A stretch of 32,000 bases of DNA from Buchnera aphidicola str. APS (Acyrthosiphon pisum) (lineage in GTDB: Bacteria > Pseudomonadota > Gammaproteobacteria > Enterobacterales > Enterobacteriaceae): the NCBI RefSeq assembly GCF_000009605.1, contig NC_002528.1:570001-602000 (forward strand), written 5' to 3'. The first letter of the stretch is position 1. Each line of letters opens with the position of its first letter. A program made the position numbers and the translations under genes. The notes beneath the pieces were generated by a model that worked only from the letters and a program-made list of their open reading frames with translations, searched no databases and was not told where the DNA came from. Shown here in pieces: positions 1 to 11,393 of the stretch.

Positions 1-133
1 ATATTATATGGTATAGTATTTTTTCTATCTATTTTGATTTATTTTAACAAAAAATACGAAAGAGTTATATAAAAATTATTTATAATAAAAAATATCTGCA
101 TTAAAAATAAACTAGAAGAAAATTCTGGTTTAT

Positions 134-1141
134 TTAAAATAATGGAATTAATCCTAATTTATCATATACTTTTGTTAAAGTTTTATTAGATTTTAATTGA
201 GATTTCATGGCGCCTTCATAAGCTATCTTTTTTAAATAAACTTCATCATTACGATAATCATTATAAGATTTTTGTAATTTATATAAAAATTTAGACAAGT
301 GATCTGCAACAATATTTTTGAACTCTGAGTATAGCATACCTTCTAGTTCTTTGAGTAAAATATCAATATCTTTATTAGTAATGGCTGAAAGAATTTCTAA
401 TAAATTTGAAATACCTGGTTTCTTTTCTATATCATAGTATATTTTCGATGGTGTTTCTGAATCAGTATAAGCGTTTTGTATTTTTGAGATAACAGTTTTT
501 ATATCGTCTAATAAAAAAATTACATTCTTTTTATTTATATCCGATTTAGACATTTTTTTACTTGGTTCTAATAAAGACATAATTTTAGAACCATGTTGAG
601 TAATTAATGGTTTAGGTAATGTGAATACATGACCATATAAAGAATTAAAACGATGAGCTATATTTCGTGTTAATTCTACATGCTGTTTTTGATCTTGCCC
701 TACCGGAACAAAATTAGTTTGATATAGTAAAATATCTGCTGCCATCAAAATCGGATAATTAAATAAAGCTGCATTTATTTTTTTTGAACAATTGCTTTTT
801 ATCTTAAATTGTGTCATACGAAGTAATTCTGAAAATTGACTAAAACAATTTAAAATCCAATTCAGTTGGCTATGTTGGTAAACATGAGATTGAATGAAAA
901 TAATGCTTTTTTGGGGATCTACACCACAGGATAAATAAAAAGATATTGTATCTAGTATAGATTTATTTAAATGAATTTTATTTTTCTGTATAGTCAACGC
1001 ATGTAAATCAGCAATACAGTACAGACACTCATAATTATTTTGCATTTTCGACCAATGACGCATTGTTCCTATATAGTTTCCAATAGTCAAGTTTCCGGAA
1101 GGTTGTACAGCACTAAGTAAAATAGGTTTCGATAAAATCAT
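134..1141 (-). CDS. trpS: tryptophan--tRNA ligase
   Basis: Part of ORF 134..1297. Homology starts at the internal Met (MILSKPILLSAVQPSGNLTIGNYIG...), and a KMSKS motif (KKMSKSD) is present. The 52 upstream codons overlap rpe and look non-coding, so the start is set to the ATG at 1139-1141. Confidence 0.93.
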   Translation of the reverse strand: MILSKPILLSAVQPSGNLTIGNYIGTMRHWSKMQNNYECLYCIADLHALTIQKNKIHLNKSILDTISFYLSCGVDPQKSIIFIQSHVYQHSQLNWILNCFSQFSELLRMTQFKIKSNCSKKINAALFNYPILMAADILLYQTNFVPVGQDQKQHVELTRNIAHRFNSLYGHVFTLPKPLITQHGSKIMSLLEPSKKMSKSDINKKNVIFLLDDIKTVISKIQNAYTDSETPSKIYYDIEKKPGISNLLEILSAITNKDIDILLKELEGMLYSEFKNIVADHLSKFLYKLQKSYNDYRNDEVYLKKIAYEGAMKSQLKSNKTLTKVYDKLGLIPLF

Positions 1142-1163
1142 TTTATATTTCCTAAATAAAATG

Positions 1164-1850
1164 TTAGTGAATAGACCTAGAATGAGCGTATTCCAATTTT
1201 TTTCGAATTTTTTCAATAACAAGTTTATAATTAGAATATTTAAACAATCCAGACCCCATAACAAAAACATTAGCTCCAGCACACGCAATATCTGCAATAT
1301 TGTCTAATTTTACACCACCATCTACTTCTAAAAGAATATCAGAAAAATTAGCATCAATAATTTTTCTTACTTCACGTAATTTATTAAATGTAGATGGTAG
1401 AAAAGATTGATTTCCAAATCCTGGATTTACTGACATTAATAAAATTAAATCTAATTTTTCTAATATATAATCAAGAAAATTAAGAGGTGTAGCAGGGTTA
1501 AATGCCAATCCCGCTTTGCATCCGTTTTCTTTAATTAAATTTAATGTTCGTTCAATATGAAGTGTAGCTTCTGGATGAAAGGTAATAAAAGTTGCTCCTG
1601 CTTTAGCAAATTGAGGGATTAAATTATCCACTGGTTTCACCATTAAATGAACATCGATTGGTGCCGTAATATTATAATTACGTAATGATTCTAAGATCAT
1701 AGGTCCCATGCTTAAGTTTGGTACATAGTGATTATCCATAACATCAAAATGTATTAAATCACTTCCTGCATCTATTACTTTTTTTATATCTTCTCCTAAG
1801 CGTGCAAAATCAGCGGATAAAATTGATGGAGCTAAAAAAAACTTATTCAT
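1164..1850 (-). CDS. rpe: ribulose-phosphate 3-epimerase
   Basis: 228-aa ORF with full-length Rpe-like sequence ([16 protein letters not shown]..., [22 protein letters not shown]). It sits next to trpS, as rpe does in the enterobacterial rpe-gph-trpS cluster. Confidence 0.93.
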   Translation of the reverse strand: MNKFFLAPSILSADFARLGEDIKKVIDAGSDLIHFDVMDNHYVPNLSMGPMILESLRNYNITAPIDVHLMVKPVDNLIPQFAKAGATFITFHPEATLHIERTLNLIKENGCKAGLAFNPATPLNFLDYILEKLDLILLMSVNPGFGNQSFLPSTFNKLREVRKIIDANFSDILLEVDGGVKLDNIADIACAGANVFVMGSGLFKYSNYKLVIEKIRKKLEYAHSRSIH

Positions 1851-2733
1851 CTTAATTGTCCTGTCTTTAACTTATATTAAGTTATTATAATAATGATTTT
1901 TTCTAATGTTTTTCAGTATAAAAAAATAGAACACTGGGATTTTATAAAATTAAAAAATTTTTATATAATACAAGAGCTAGTCAAAAACATCTTGATTTAA
2001 TCAAAAAAAGAAGTAGATTTTTAAATAGATTCCATAAATAATACTAATCTTTTTTTATAAAAATAAAAATAATTAATATTCTATCTAGTATAATTCTTAT
2101 ATTTAGATAAAAAAAGTAGATTCGAGGATATCAAGAAATAAATTTTTATTTTTAATTTAGTATCATAAGAAGGATGGATAAAAACTGATTTTAAATATCT
2201 TCAAACAATTGTTATAATTTTTTATAACCCTGATAAACAGACACCAAACTTCATTTTCATGTTGATATCATCTGCTATTAGGAGTATCTATTTAAATGCA
2301 GATATATTTTTGTGCATTATAATTATTAAAGCTACTATTTAACATATAAAAAAGTATAGAATAAATATAAAGATAATAATTATATTTAATGTGTAAAATC
2401 ATAATGTAGAAAATGTAAATAGTATATCAAATGTACTTTTTTCTAAAAAAATTTTAATAGTATCGTCTGATATTCCACAATTTCTCCTTGCTAACTTTAA
2501 AATAGAGAATTTTTATAAAGTATTTACATACTTATATTAATTGTTTTAAAATAGCAATATTTTAAAAAATATTGTTTTTACTCTCCATAGTTTTATTTTT
2601 ATAGTTTAAAATATATTAATTATAAAATTATGTAATTTCTTCTTAAAAGAATAAAACTATAAGAGCAAAATAGTAAAAGCTACATAATTATATATGATAT
2701 ATAAATAATTTTAATAGTTTAGATGGTCAAAAT

Positions 2734-3825
2734 TTATTGAGAATGTTTAATAGCGGTTAAAATAATATTTTTATCTATATTGCTATAAATTTCTGCTTTT
2801 CCAATAGAAAGTGGTAAAACTAATCTCATTTCTCCCGAAATTACTTTTTTATCTCTCATCATATAGGGAAGATATGAAGCAGCAGACATGTTTTTCGGTC
2901 CCTTTATGGGTAGACCGGTTCTTTTTAATAATACAAGTATTCTTTTAAAATCTATTGTTTTTAAGTGTCCTAGCAATTCGGATGTACGTGCAGCCATAAC
3001 CATTCCTACTGATATTGCCTCCCCATGAAGCCAATTGCCATAACCCGCGTGAACTTCAATAGCGTGACCATATGTATGACCAAGGTTTAATAATGCTCTT
3101 AAATTATTTTCTCTTTCATCTAAAGCAATTAATTGTGATTTTAATTCACAACACTTCTTTATACAATAAGACATGGCTGTATGATTAAGAGATAAAATAG
3201 ATTCAATGTTTTCTTCTAACCAACAAAAAAACGTTTTATCAAAAACAATAGCATATTTGATTACTTCTGCCATACCAGATACTAATTCATTATATGGTAG
3301 GGTCTTCAGACAATCAATATCAATAATCACTGAAGACGGTTGCCAAAAAGAGCCAATCATATTTTTTCCAAGTAAATGATTAACGGCTGTCTTTCCACCA
3401 ACAGATGCATCAACTTGAGATAAAAGAGTAGTCGGTATTTGAATAAAACGTACACCTCTCTGATAAACAGAAGCAGCAAAGCCAGCTAAATCACCTATGA
3501 CACCTCCACCTAATGCAATTAAAGTTGTATCACGAGCGTGCTTTTTTTCTAATAAAGCAGAAATAATCAACTCCATCTCATTTAATGTTTTATATTGTTC
3601 GCCATCTGATAAAATTACTTGATCTATCTTAATTCCGGATTTTCTTAAATGATAAAAAACTTTATCTTTCAAAAGATTAGCTAGTGTTTTATTGGTCACT
3701 AGCATTGCTTGATCTCCGGGTTTTAAAGGCCAGAAAATATCATCTTCTTGAATAATACCAGCTCCTATACTAATAGGATAACTGCGTTCTCCTAGAACAA
3801 CTTGCAATCGTTCCACAATTTTCAT
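2734..3825 (-). CDS. aroB: 3-dehydroquinate synthase
   Basis: 363-aa ORF with the nucleotide-binding [13 protein letters not shown] motif and metal-binding region ([21 protein letters not shown]). It lies immediately downstream of aroK. Confidence 0.95.
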   Translation of the reverse strand: MKIVERLQVVLGERSYPISIGAGIIQEDDIFWPLKPGDQAMLVTNKTLANLLKDKVFYHLRKSGIKIDQVILSDGEQYKTLNEMELIISALLEKKHARDTTLIALGGGVIGDLAGFAASVYQRGVRFIQIPTTLLSQVDASVGGKTAVNHLLGKNMIGSFWQPSSVIIDIDCLKTLPYNELVSGMAEVIKYAIVFDKTFFCWLEENIESILSLNHTAMSYCIKKCCELKSQLIALDERENNLRALLNLGHTYGHAIEVHAGYGNWLHGEAISVGMVMAARTSELLGHLKTIDFKRILVLLKRTGLPIKGPKNMSAASYLPYMMRDKKVISGEMRLVLPLSIGKAEIYSNIDKNIILTAIKHSQ

Positions 3826-3842
3826 ACTCCATAAATTCTTTA

Positions 3843-4364
3843 TTATATTTCTTCTAATAAACGAATTATATTAAAAGCTACAGATTTAGCACTTTGATCA
3901 TCAGTTTTAACTTTTATATCTGCAATTTCTTCATAGAAAGGATTTCTTTCATAAGCTAAATTTTCTAATATCATCCGATTTGAATCAGCATTCTGCAACA
4001 AGGGTCTTTTTTTATCTCTCTTAGTACGTGCTAATTGTTTCTCAATAGTAGTTTCTAAATAAACTACAATACCACGAGATGACAAAAAATTACGAGTTTC
4101 TCTAAATTTAACTGAACCTCCTCCTGTAGCAAGAACAATACCCTGTTTAGTAGTTAATTCATCAATAACTCTTTGTTCTCTCAAACGAAAACCACTTTCA
4201 CCCTCTACATCAAAAACCCAACTTATATCAGCACCAGTACGTTTTTCAATTTCTTGATCGGAGTCAAAAAATTCCATATTAAGTTGTTGAGATAATTGAC
4301 GACCAATAGTGCTTTTCCCAGCACCCATGGGCCCAACTAGAAAAATATTTCGTTTTTCTGCCAT
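3843..4364 (-). CDS. aroK: shikimate kinase I
   Basis: Part of ORF 3843..4400. Homology begins at [22 protein letters not shown] (Walker A). The 12 upstream codons start from a TTG and are unsupported, so the start is set to the ATG at 4362-4364. Confidence 0.93.
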   Translation of the reverse strand: MAEKRNIFLVGPMGAGKSTIGRQLSQQLNMEFFDSDQEIEKRTGADISWVFDVEGESGFRLREQRVIDELTTKQGIVLATGGGSVKFRETRNFLSSRGIVVYLETTIEKQLARTKRDKKRPLLQNADSNRMILENLAYERNPFYEEIADIKVKTDDQSAKSVAFNIIRLLEEI

Positions 4365-4780
4365 ATTTTTATTACTAAGATAATTCGTTAATAATACCAA
4401 TGCTCAGCATACTTTGCTGGCAGGACATGAACACACGTTGAAAATAGAACAAAGTTAATTATTTTTTAAATAAATTAAAAATCATTTTAAAATGTAAAAA
4501 TATTATGTAAATTTCTATATTAAAAAACATTAATAAAATTATTTTAAATTAACGAGTGATGTATATTTTAAAAAAATTGTATTATTTTTTCATTAATAAA
4601 TTTAATCCTTCTTATTAGTACACTAAAAAGATAAAAATAATGATTTTTTAAAAAATATATTCTATCAGAATCAGTATAATTTTTTCTATTTTTATTTTAA
4701 ATAAAAACAATTTTTCTACTTACTATAAAAAAAATATTAGATATCTTTCAATAAAGATATAATACAAAATCAGTAAAAAC

Positions 4781-4810
4781 TTGACGTAGTTTCTCTTTTT
4801 ATATTAGAAT
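4781..4810 (+). promoter_or_regulatory. candidate sigma70 promoter for tRNA-Ser (TTGACG-18 nt-TAGAAT)
   Basis: TTGACG at 4781-4786 and TAGAAT at 4805-4810 are separated by 18 nt, about 55 nt upstream of the tRNA 5' end. -10-like hexamers are common in AT-rich DNA, but a TTGAC -35 is not. Confidence 0.35.
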
Positions 4811-4864
4811 ATTAAAGGTTATTTTTACTATTCTTCTATTATAGTAAATATATATATAAAAAAT

Positions 4865-4949
4865 GGTGAGGTGTCCGAGAGGCTTAAGGAGCACGCCTGG
4901 AAAGCGTGTATATGGAAACGTATCAAGGGTTCGAATCCCTTTCTCACCA
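4865..4949 (+). tRNA. tRNA-Ser (anticodon GGA)
   Basis: GGTGAGGTGTCCGAGAGGCTTAAGGAGCACGCCTGGAAAGCGTG...GGTTCGAATCCCTTTCTCACCA folds as a class II tRNA with a long variable arm and anticodon loop CU-GGA-AA. It is nearly identical to my recollection of E. coli tRNA-Ser(GGA). No CCA is encoded. Confidence 0.93.
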
Positions 4950-4966
4950 AAAAAAATAAAACACTT

Positions 4967-5671
4967 TTATAAAACAGATTCCAAGGCTAGTTCAATCATA
5001 TCATTAAAACTTGACTCTCTTTCCTTTGATGAAAGAAACTCTTTATTTGTAATATGATCAGATACTGTACATATCGATAATGCTTGAACTTTTAATTCAG
5101 AAGCCACTCCATATATTCCCGCAGTCTCCATGTCAACTCCAATAATATTATATTTTTTTAAAATATTTAGCATTTTTTTATCATCATTATAAAAAGAATC
5201 TGTTGTAAAAAAATTACCAATGGAGACTTTTATTTTCATTTTTTTTGAAATTGAGACTATATTATAAATCATATCAAAATCTGCAATGGCAGCAAAGTCA
5301 TGATCATTAAATCTTATTCTATTTACTTTAGAATCAGTAGAAGCTCCCATACTGATTACTATATCACGTAACTTTATATCATCTCGTACAGCACCACAAG
5401 TTCCTATACGAATAATTTTTTTTACATTAAATTCAATAATTAACTCTCTGGTATAGAGAGAAGCTGATGGTATTCCTATACCATGACTCATGATTGAAAT
5501 CTTTCTATTTTTATAAAATCCGGTATAAGCTAACATTAAACGAGTATCATTTACTTGAACAAAATTACTTAAATATTTTTCAGCAATATATTTTGCACGA
5601 ACTGGGTCTCCCGGCATTAAAACTATATCTGAAAAATCATCTTTTTTACTATTAATATGTGGAGTAGACAT
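4967..5671 (-). CDS. deoD: purine nucleoside phosphorylase
   Basis: 234-aa ORF. The N-terminus [31 protein letters not shown] is collinear with enterobacterial DeoD, and the gene is adjacent to deoB. Confidence 0.95.
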   Translation of the reverse strand: MSTPHINSKKDDFSDIVLMPGDPVRAKYIAEKYLSNFVQVNDTRLMLAYTGFYKNRKISIMSHGIGIPSASLYTRELIIEFNVKKIIRIGTCGAVRDDIKLRDIVISMGASTDSKVNRIRFNDHDFAAIADFDMIYNIVSISKKMKIKVSIGNFFTTDSFYNDDKKMLNILKKYNIIGVDMETAGIYGVASELKVQALSICTVSDHITNKEFLSSKERESSFNDMIELALESVL

Positions 5672-5714
5672 TAATTTTTTCCTTTTTCAATATAAAAAAC
5701 TATACTTGAAAATT

Positions 5715-6938
5715 TTAAAGCATATTTTGACCATAAGACATATCAGTCAAAAGAAAATATTTTGCAATAGTTTGTCCTATATCCGCAAAAGTTTTACGAT
5801 GACCTAAAAAATTTTTTTTGATACCAGGTGAATAGATTAATACAGGAACGTTTTCTCGAGTATGATCAGTTCCTATCCATGTTGGATCACACCCATGATC
5901 CGCAGTTAAAATTAATAAATCATTTTTTTGAACTAAACTTATTATTTCAGATAATCTAGAATCAAAAAGTTCTAAACCTTTGGCATATCCCGAAACATCA
6001 CGACGATGCCCCCAGTTTGAGTCAAAATCTACTAGATTTGTAAAAACAATGGTATTGTTTAAAGCTTTTTTCATTTCATGAATAGTTGTACTACATAGTT
6101 CATAAAGTCCAGTAGATTTTATATTTTTACTTATCCCTATTCCACCATAAATATCAGAAACTTTACCAATTGCAATTACTTGTCCTTGTTTTTCATCTAT
6201 TAATTTTTTTATTACTGTCGTAGCGAAAGGTTTTATTGAAAAATCACGTCTATTACCTGTACGTTGAAATTGTAATTTATCATTTCCAATAAAAGGTCTT
6301 GCAATTACTCTTGCTACTTTGTAATTGTATCGATCTAAAATAAAACGAACAGTTTTGCATAATTTATAAAGATTTGATAAACCAAAAAACTCTTCATGAC
6401 ATGCTATTTGAAAAACAGAATCTGATGAAGTATATACAATAGGTTTTTTTGTTTGAATATGTTCTTCTCCTAAACGACTTATAATATCAGTTCCTGATGC
6501 ATGACAGTTTCCAATAAAACCTGTTAATTCAGACCTTATGATAATTTTTTCTAGCAAACTTTCAGGAAAACTATTCTGTTTTTCTTTAAAATAATACCAA
6601 TCATCTAGAACTGGAACTCCTGCAATTTCCCAATGTCCTGACGTGGTATCTTTTCCAGAAGAAATCTCGCTAGCAAAACCATAACTAGCAATAACATTAG
6701 AACTATAATTAAATCCTAGAGGATATTGTCCCGTAGATTCTTTAGCTGCATTAATTATTCCTAATTTTACTAAATTTGGAATACATAAAACACCCTTTCT
6801 TCCTACATTTGCTTCGCCTAAAAAACACTTTTCTACTATATGTCCAAATGTATTTGAACCAACATCATTAAACTTATCAGCATCAGGACTCGATCCTATT
6901 CCAAAAGAATCCAAAACAATTAAAAAAACTCTCTTCAT
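5715..6938 (-). CDS. deoB: phosphopentomutase
   Basis: 407-aa [18 protein letters not shown] and ADHGCDPT are typical DeoB metal-site motifs. Confidence 0.95.
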   Translation of the reverse strand: MKRVFLIVLDSFGIGSSPDADKFNDVGSNTFGHIVEKCFLGEANVGRKGVLCIPNLVKLGIINAAKESTGQYPLGFNYSSNVIASYGFASEISSGKDTTSGHWEIAGVPVLDDWYYFKEKQNSFPESLLEKIIIRSELTGFIGNCHASGTDIISRLGEEHIQTKKPIVYTSSDSVFQIACHEEFFGLSNLYKLCKTVRFILDRYNYKVARVIARPFIGNDKLQFQRTGNRRDFSIKPFATTVIKKLIDEKQGQVIAIGKVSDIYGGIGISKNIKSTGLYELCSTTIHEMKKALNNTIVFTNLVDFDSNWGHRRDVSGYAKGLELFDSRLSEIISLVQKNDLLILTADHGCDPTWIGTDHTRENVPVLIYSPGIKKNFLGHRKTFADIGQTIAKYFLLTDMSYGQNML

Positions 6939-6995
6939 AATTAAAATTCCAAAAATTTATCAAAAAAAATAGCTATCTTTTTGATTTTTTAAATA

Positions 6996-8588
6996 CTACT
7001 GCTCTCGTGTTGCATTAAAAGAAATATCAGAATTCTGACTCATGACTATATTTAAATTAGCAGAGCTAGGTGCTAAATATATTAAACTATTAGAAATATC
7101 ATATGCTAAATAAGAACTGTAACTTTTTTTTAAATTATAAAGGCTGTGATGATTTCCATAATTAATCCAGCGTGCAAGAACAATATTTACTTTTTTATAT
7201 ACTGCATCAATATTATATTCTATTCTTAAACGTTCAATAACAACATCAAATTGTAATATTCCAATAGCACCTAAAATTAAATCATTATTAAGAATCGGAC
7301 GGAATACTTGAACAGTGCCTTCTTCAGACAATTGAACTAAACCTTTTTTTAATTGTTTTTGTTTGAGAGGATTTTTTAAATAAATAAGACGAAAAATTTC
7401 TGGTGCAAAACTTGGTATACCAATAAACTTTATTTCTTCCCCTTGTGTAAAAGTATCTCCGATCTTAATTGTACCATGATTATGAAGACCTATAACATCA
7501 CCAGGATAAGCTTTATTTATTGATATTCTCTCTCCAGCTAAAAAAGAAAAAGCATCGGAAATGATTATATTTTTTTTTATTCTTACATGTGTTAATTTCA
7601 TTCCTTTTGTATACTGTCCTGAAACAATTCTCATAAATGCTATTCTATCACGGTGTTTTAAATCCATATTAGCTTGAATTTTAAATATAAAACCTGTAAA
7701 CTTTCTTTCTTGAGGTTTTATTATCCTTTTGTTACTTTGACGATATAATGGAGAAGGGGCCCATTTTATTAAACTATCTAACAAATGATCAATACCAAAA
7801 TTACCAAGAGCACTACCAAAAAAAATAGGAGTAGTAATACCTTTTAAAAATTTTTCCTTATTAAATTTTGAATATACATTCATGATTAATTCTAATTCTT
7901 GACGAATATGTATAGATAAGTCGGCTCCTAAGTATTCATTTAATGAACCATCTAAAAAACTATCTAAAGTTAAAAAATTTTTTCTAAATTTACTTTTATA
8001 TAAATGAATTATTTTATCATAAATGTGATAAACTCCTCGAAAATTCTTTCCACAACTTATTGGCCAACTAATAGGAATACAGTGTAATTTTAATTCTTTC
8101 TCAATTTCATCAAGAATTTCTATTGGATCTCGACTATCGCGATCTAATTTATTAATAAAAGTAATAATGGGAGTGTTGTGAATACGCGCAACATCCATTA
8201 GTTTTCTAGTTCGTTCTTCTATACCTTTAGCAGCATCAATTACGACTAAACAGCAATCTACGGCAGTAAGAATACGATATGTATCTTCCGAAAAATCTTG
8301 ATGACCAGGGGTGTCTAATAAATTCATTAAAATATTTTTGTATGTAAATTGCATAACTGAAGTTGTTATAGAAATTCCACGTTCTTTTTCAATATTCATC
8401 CAATCTGATTTAGCGTATTTTCCACTTCCTCTCCCTTTTATTGTTCCAGGAACACGAATTACTTTTCCAAAAAATAACATTTTTTCAGTAATAGTAGTTT
8501 TTCCAGCATCAGGATGAGAAATAATTGCAAAAGTTCTTCTTTTACTTAATTCCTGTTCATGATTTGAATCAAACATGTAGATACTCAT
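6996..8588 (-). CDS. prfC: peptide chain release factor 3
   Basis: 530-aa ORF with GTPase motifs [20 protein letters not shown] and NKLD. The start could instead be the second Met (8574-8576). Confidence 0.94.
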   Translation of the reverse strand: MSIYMFDSNHEQELSKRRTFAIISHPDAGKTTITEKMLFFGKVIRVPGTIKGRGSGKYAKSDWMNIEKERGISITTSVMQFTYKNILMNLLDTPGHQDFSEDTYRILTAVDCCLVVIDAAKGIEERTRKLMDVARIHNTPIITFINKLDRDSRDPIEILDEIEKELKLHCIPISWPISCGKNFRGVYHIYDKIIHLYKSKFRKNFLTLDSFLDGSLNEYLGADLSIHIRQELELIMNVYSKFNKEKFLKGITTPIFFGSALGNFGIDHLLDSLIKWAPSPLYRQSNKRIIKPQERKFTGFIFKIQANMDLKHRDRIAFMRIVSGQYTKGMKLTHVRIKKNIIISDAFSFLAGERISINKAYPGDVIGLHNHGTIKIGDTFTQGEEIKFIGIPSFAPEIFRLIYLKNPLKQKQLKKGLVQLSEEGTVQVFRPILNNDLILGAIGILQFDVVIERLRIEYNIDAVYKKVNIVLARWINYGNHHSLYNLKKSYSSYLAYDISNSLIYLAPSSANLNIVMSQNSDISFNATREQ

Positions 8589-9686
8589 TTAAAACACTTA
8601 ATATTAAATCATCGTATAAAATATAATACATAAAAAAGTATTATCTATCTAATGAAATAATCTTAAGAATTAAATTTTAATTTTATTAAATGTAATACTT
8701 TCATGATCTTGAGAACATAATACTCATAAATAAGAGTTAATGAATAAATAAAAAACTTATATATATTGCATATACAGATCGAACTAACAGTATAAAAAAA
8801 ATACAAATATAGGCGTCTTTCTATTTCTTAAATATTTTAAAAAACCTAAAAAAACCGAATTTTTATAGTAGAAAAAGACTAATTTTTATTGTAAAAGAAT
8901 GTTAACTATTAATTAATTCTCCTGATATATCATGAGCAAAATGAAAAAATCATCTCAGATGACACAGAAAAAACTTAAAAAAATTAGTAATTATATATAA
9001 ACTAGTTTACAAATTTCTCTATCAGAAATATAATCTGATAGTCGTGAGAATGCGTTGAACCCATTTCTCTCATAGTTTCAAACTATCCTATTAATACAGC
9101 AACTTTATTTTTTCATTAAGAACTATTAAATAAAAAAATAGAATAACTACATCGTCTACCTATATTTTTGATTCTTTTTTCTGTTATGAAAAACACTCTT
9201 AGAAGAAGTAAATATTAGTTACATTTATAAAAAGTAAAATAACAAGCAAAACAAAATCAAAGAATATAAAATAGCACCTTAACTTATTAGCATAATCACA
9301 ATTTATCCGCGCGTTTCCAGAAAGGTAATTCAAAATCTTTTATAGCCGTAAAAATATTGATTTCATATATATAAAGAAAAAGAAACGCACCTAAAAGTAG
9401 AAGTTTTTTGAAAGAACAATATCTTTCTGGACATAAAAAACATTATTATGCTTATAAATTTGACACAATTTGTATCTGTAAGAGTAAATATGAATCGATA
9501 TATAAAAAAAGGATCTTACAAAAGTTGAAAAAACTAGTAGATGGGATTTATTTAACAGAAGAATTTTCTTTAACTAAATTGCATTGCTTTTCGGTTAAAA
9601 CATCTTAAAAAAATTTATATTACAGTAAAAAATAATTTAATTAGTGAATTCACGCATATTTCGTGGCATCAGCAATATTTTTCAAA

Positions 9687-10265
9687 TTAATAAAATGAAT
9701 GTTGTCCGTGCAGATGATGTGTCTCATCATAAACTTTTTTTATTTCAGAAAAAGAAGATAATAATTTCTTCTCGACTGTTTCTTTTAAAGTTGATCCAAT
9801 CATTGAGCAGCCATTACAGCCTCCACTAAATTGTATTGCAGCAATTCCATTTTTATCTATTTTAATTAATTCAACTCTTCCTCCGTGCATTGATAACTGA
9901 GGATTGATTTCTAAATTTAAAAAACATTTTACTTTTTCTTCCAGTGATGATGAAACTTTTTTAGAAAAATTATTTTTAGCATATGGAGCTTTTAATGTTA
10001 ATTGAGATCCAATTTTATCAGTAACAAGATCGATCACTGAATTTTTTAAATAAGAAATTGTGTCTTTATTTACGTACACAAAAAATCCATCGTATTTTAA
10101 TTGAATATCAGATAGTTCTATTTCATTTTCTGGACAAAATGCAACACCGCATTCTGCATTAGGTGTACCCGGATTGACTATAAAAACACGTATTTGAGTA
10201 TTTTCGGGTTCATTTGATAAAAGTGATGTAAAATGTTCTTGTGCTTTTTTGGAGATATTAATCAT
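9687..10265 (-). CDS. nfuA: Fe-S cluster biogenesis protein NfuA (YhgI)
   Basis: 192-aa ORF with an A-type-like N-terminal domain and a C-terminal Nfu domain carrying GGCNGCSM. Confidence 0.9.
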   Translation of the reverse strand: MINISKKAQEHFTSLLSNEPENTQIRVFIVNPGTPNAECGVAFCPENEIELSDIQLKYDGFFVYVNKDTISYLKNSVIDLVTDKIGSQLTLKAPYAKNNFSKKVSSSLEEKVKCFLNLEINPQLSMHGGRVELIKIDKNGIAAIQFSGGCNGCSMIGSTLKETVEKKLLSSFSEIKKVYDETHHLHGQHSFY

Positions 10266-10828
10266 AATAGTTATTTAAAAAAGTTTTTATTTCATAGATT
10301 ATACTACTGATTTATTAAAAAAAACAAGACATTTAAGTTATAAATAAATATTTTCTTTAAAAGAAAATACTTTAGTTAATAAAAACACAAAAAATCAATA
10401 TCATTATATGTAGTTGATAAAAAAATCTAGAATTTGATTTTTTTATTATTAAAAATATGAAATTTTTACTTAACATTGTATATGTTAAAAAATTACTTAA
10501 TACAAATAAAATAAAAATTTATCTTTATCAAAGATAGATAAAACAATTAAATTGTTATAGTAGAATATATCTAAAAAGTTTATTGATTGAAAAAAATAAT
10601 ATTAAAAGAAAATAAAAATATTTTTACATTGAAAAACAGATCAGAAAAAATATATTATTTTTTTATCTAAACCTAATTGGAAATAATTAAAAAATAATTA
10701 AAAAAAGAGTCTTCAATTCATTGATATATAAAATATAAAATGCACTTAATGCTGATTTGAATAACATTAAGAAGAAAAAATAATTTACTCTTCAAAAATA
10801 GTTCATAAGGATTATGAAAAAATGCGTT

Positions 10829-10851
10829 GCCCCAAAAAATTGGGGCTTTTT
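10829..10851. terminator. GC-rich hairpin plus T-run just downstream of ssb (intrinsic-terminator-like)
   Basis: GCCCCAA-AAAA-TTGGGGC (10829-10846) is followed by TTTTT on the + strand. On the - strand the same stem lies 32 nt after the ssb stop, is preceded by an A-run, and is followed by AACGCATTTTTT. Orientation is ambiguous, but ssb is the only nearby gene it could terminate. Confidence 0.5.
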
Positions 10852-10877
10852 ATTGATTTGATTATTAAAATTTTTCA

Positions 10878-11393
10878 TTAAAAAGGAATTTCATCATCAA
10901 AATCTATTTCCGAAGGAGAATGAGTTAAATCTTTATTCGATTCATGTGTTTCTATCTTTTTATCAAACTCTACTGCATCTGTTTTTTTTATTTTTATTCC
11001 GGTACTGTTTTTGTCATTTACCGTCATTGCCTGCAAGTTAGAATTACGATTGCCTAACATTTGCATTGTACCACCAATATTTACAATAATTTCTGTTGTA
11101 TAACGTTCTAGTCCATTTTGATCTTGCCATTTTCTAGTTTGCAACGATCCTTCAATATACACTTGAGAACCTTTTCGAAGATATTCACCAGCAATTTCAG
11201 CTAATTTTCCAAATAAAACTATTCTATGCCATTCTGTTTTTTCTTTATTTTCACCAGTATTTTTATCTTTCCAGTTCTCTGAAGTAGCTAAAGTCATATT
11301 TACTACTGCATTACCATTAGGCATATAACGAACTTCGGGATCTTGACCTAAATGACCAATAAGAATAACTTTATTTACACCTCTACTTGCCAT
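10878..11393 (-). CDS. ssb: single-stranded DNA-binding protein
   Basis: 171-aa ORF. The OB-fold N-terminus is [27 protein letters not shown], and the acidic C-terminal tip DFDDEIPF is conserved. Confidence 0.95.

Noticed and set aside
1142-1297. N-terminal extensions offered by the ORF track for trpS, and likewise for aroK, ruvX, yggX, cysQ, rpsF, rnr, hflK and sbcB
   Set aside because: In every case, similarity to the known protein family begins at an internal Met. That Met is sometimes preceded by an SD-like sequence. The extension often overlaps the neighbouring gene and has non-protein-like composition.
2222-2290. Minus-strand peptide ILLIADDINMKMKFGV, which resembles the Dam motif YILADINSDL
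   Set aside because: Its distance from the putative Dam N-terminal relic at 2512-2399 is about 90 nt too long to be collinear. A 5-6 residue match in low-complexity AT-rich translation is easily chance.
2470-2480. DnaA-box-like TATTCCACA
   Set aside because: It has two mismatches to the TTATCCACA consensus, is a single copy, and shows no cluster or AT-rich unwinding-element organisation suggestive of an origin.
4863-5057. 64-aa + strand ORF (MVRCPRGLRSTPGKRVYG...)
   Set aside because: Its 5' part is simply the tRNA-Ser gene read as codons, and the rest is antisense to the deoD 3' end. It has no homology.
8311-8517. 68-aa + strand ORF inside prfC
   Set aside because: It is entirely antisense to the strongly conserved prfC GTPase domain and has a low-complexity hydrophobic sequence. 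This is a typical shadow ORF.
9408-9829. Two small + strand ORFs (66 aa and 61 aa) in or next to the prfC-nfuA spacer
   Set aside because: The first starts at a TTG, has no SD sequence, and is Lys/Tyr-rich with no recognisable family. The second is mostly antisense to the nfuA 3' end. I treat both as chance ORFs, though the spacer itself is flagged for homology search.
9048-10833. Shared 9-mer AATGCGTTG followed by C-rich bases at about 9051 and about 10821, a possible dispersed repeat
   Set aside because: This is only nine bases, with no extended flanking similarity. A rough composition-adjusted expectation makes a chance recurrence in 64 kb of two-strand sequence unremarkable.
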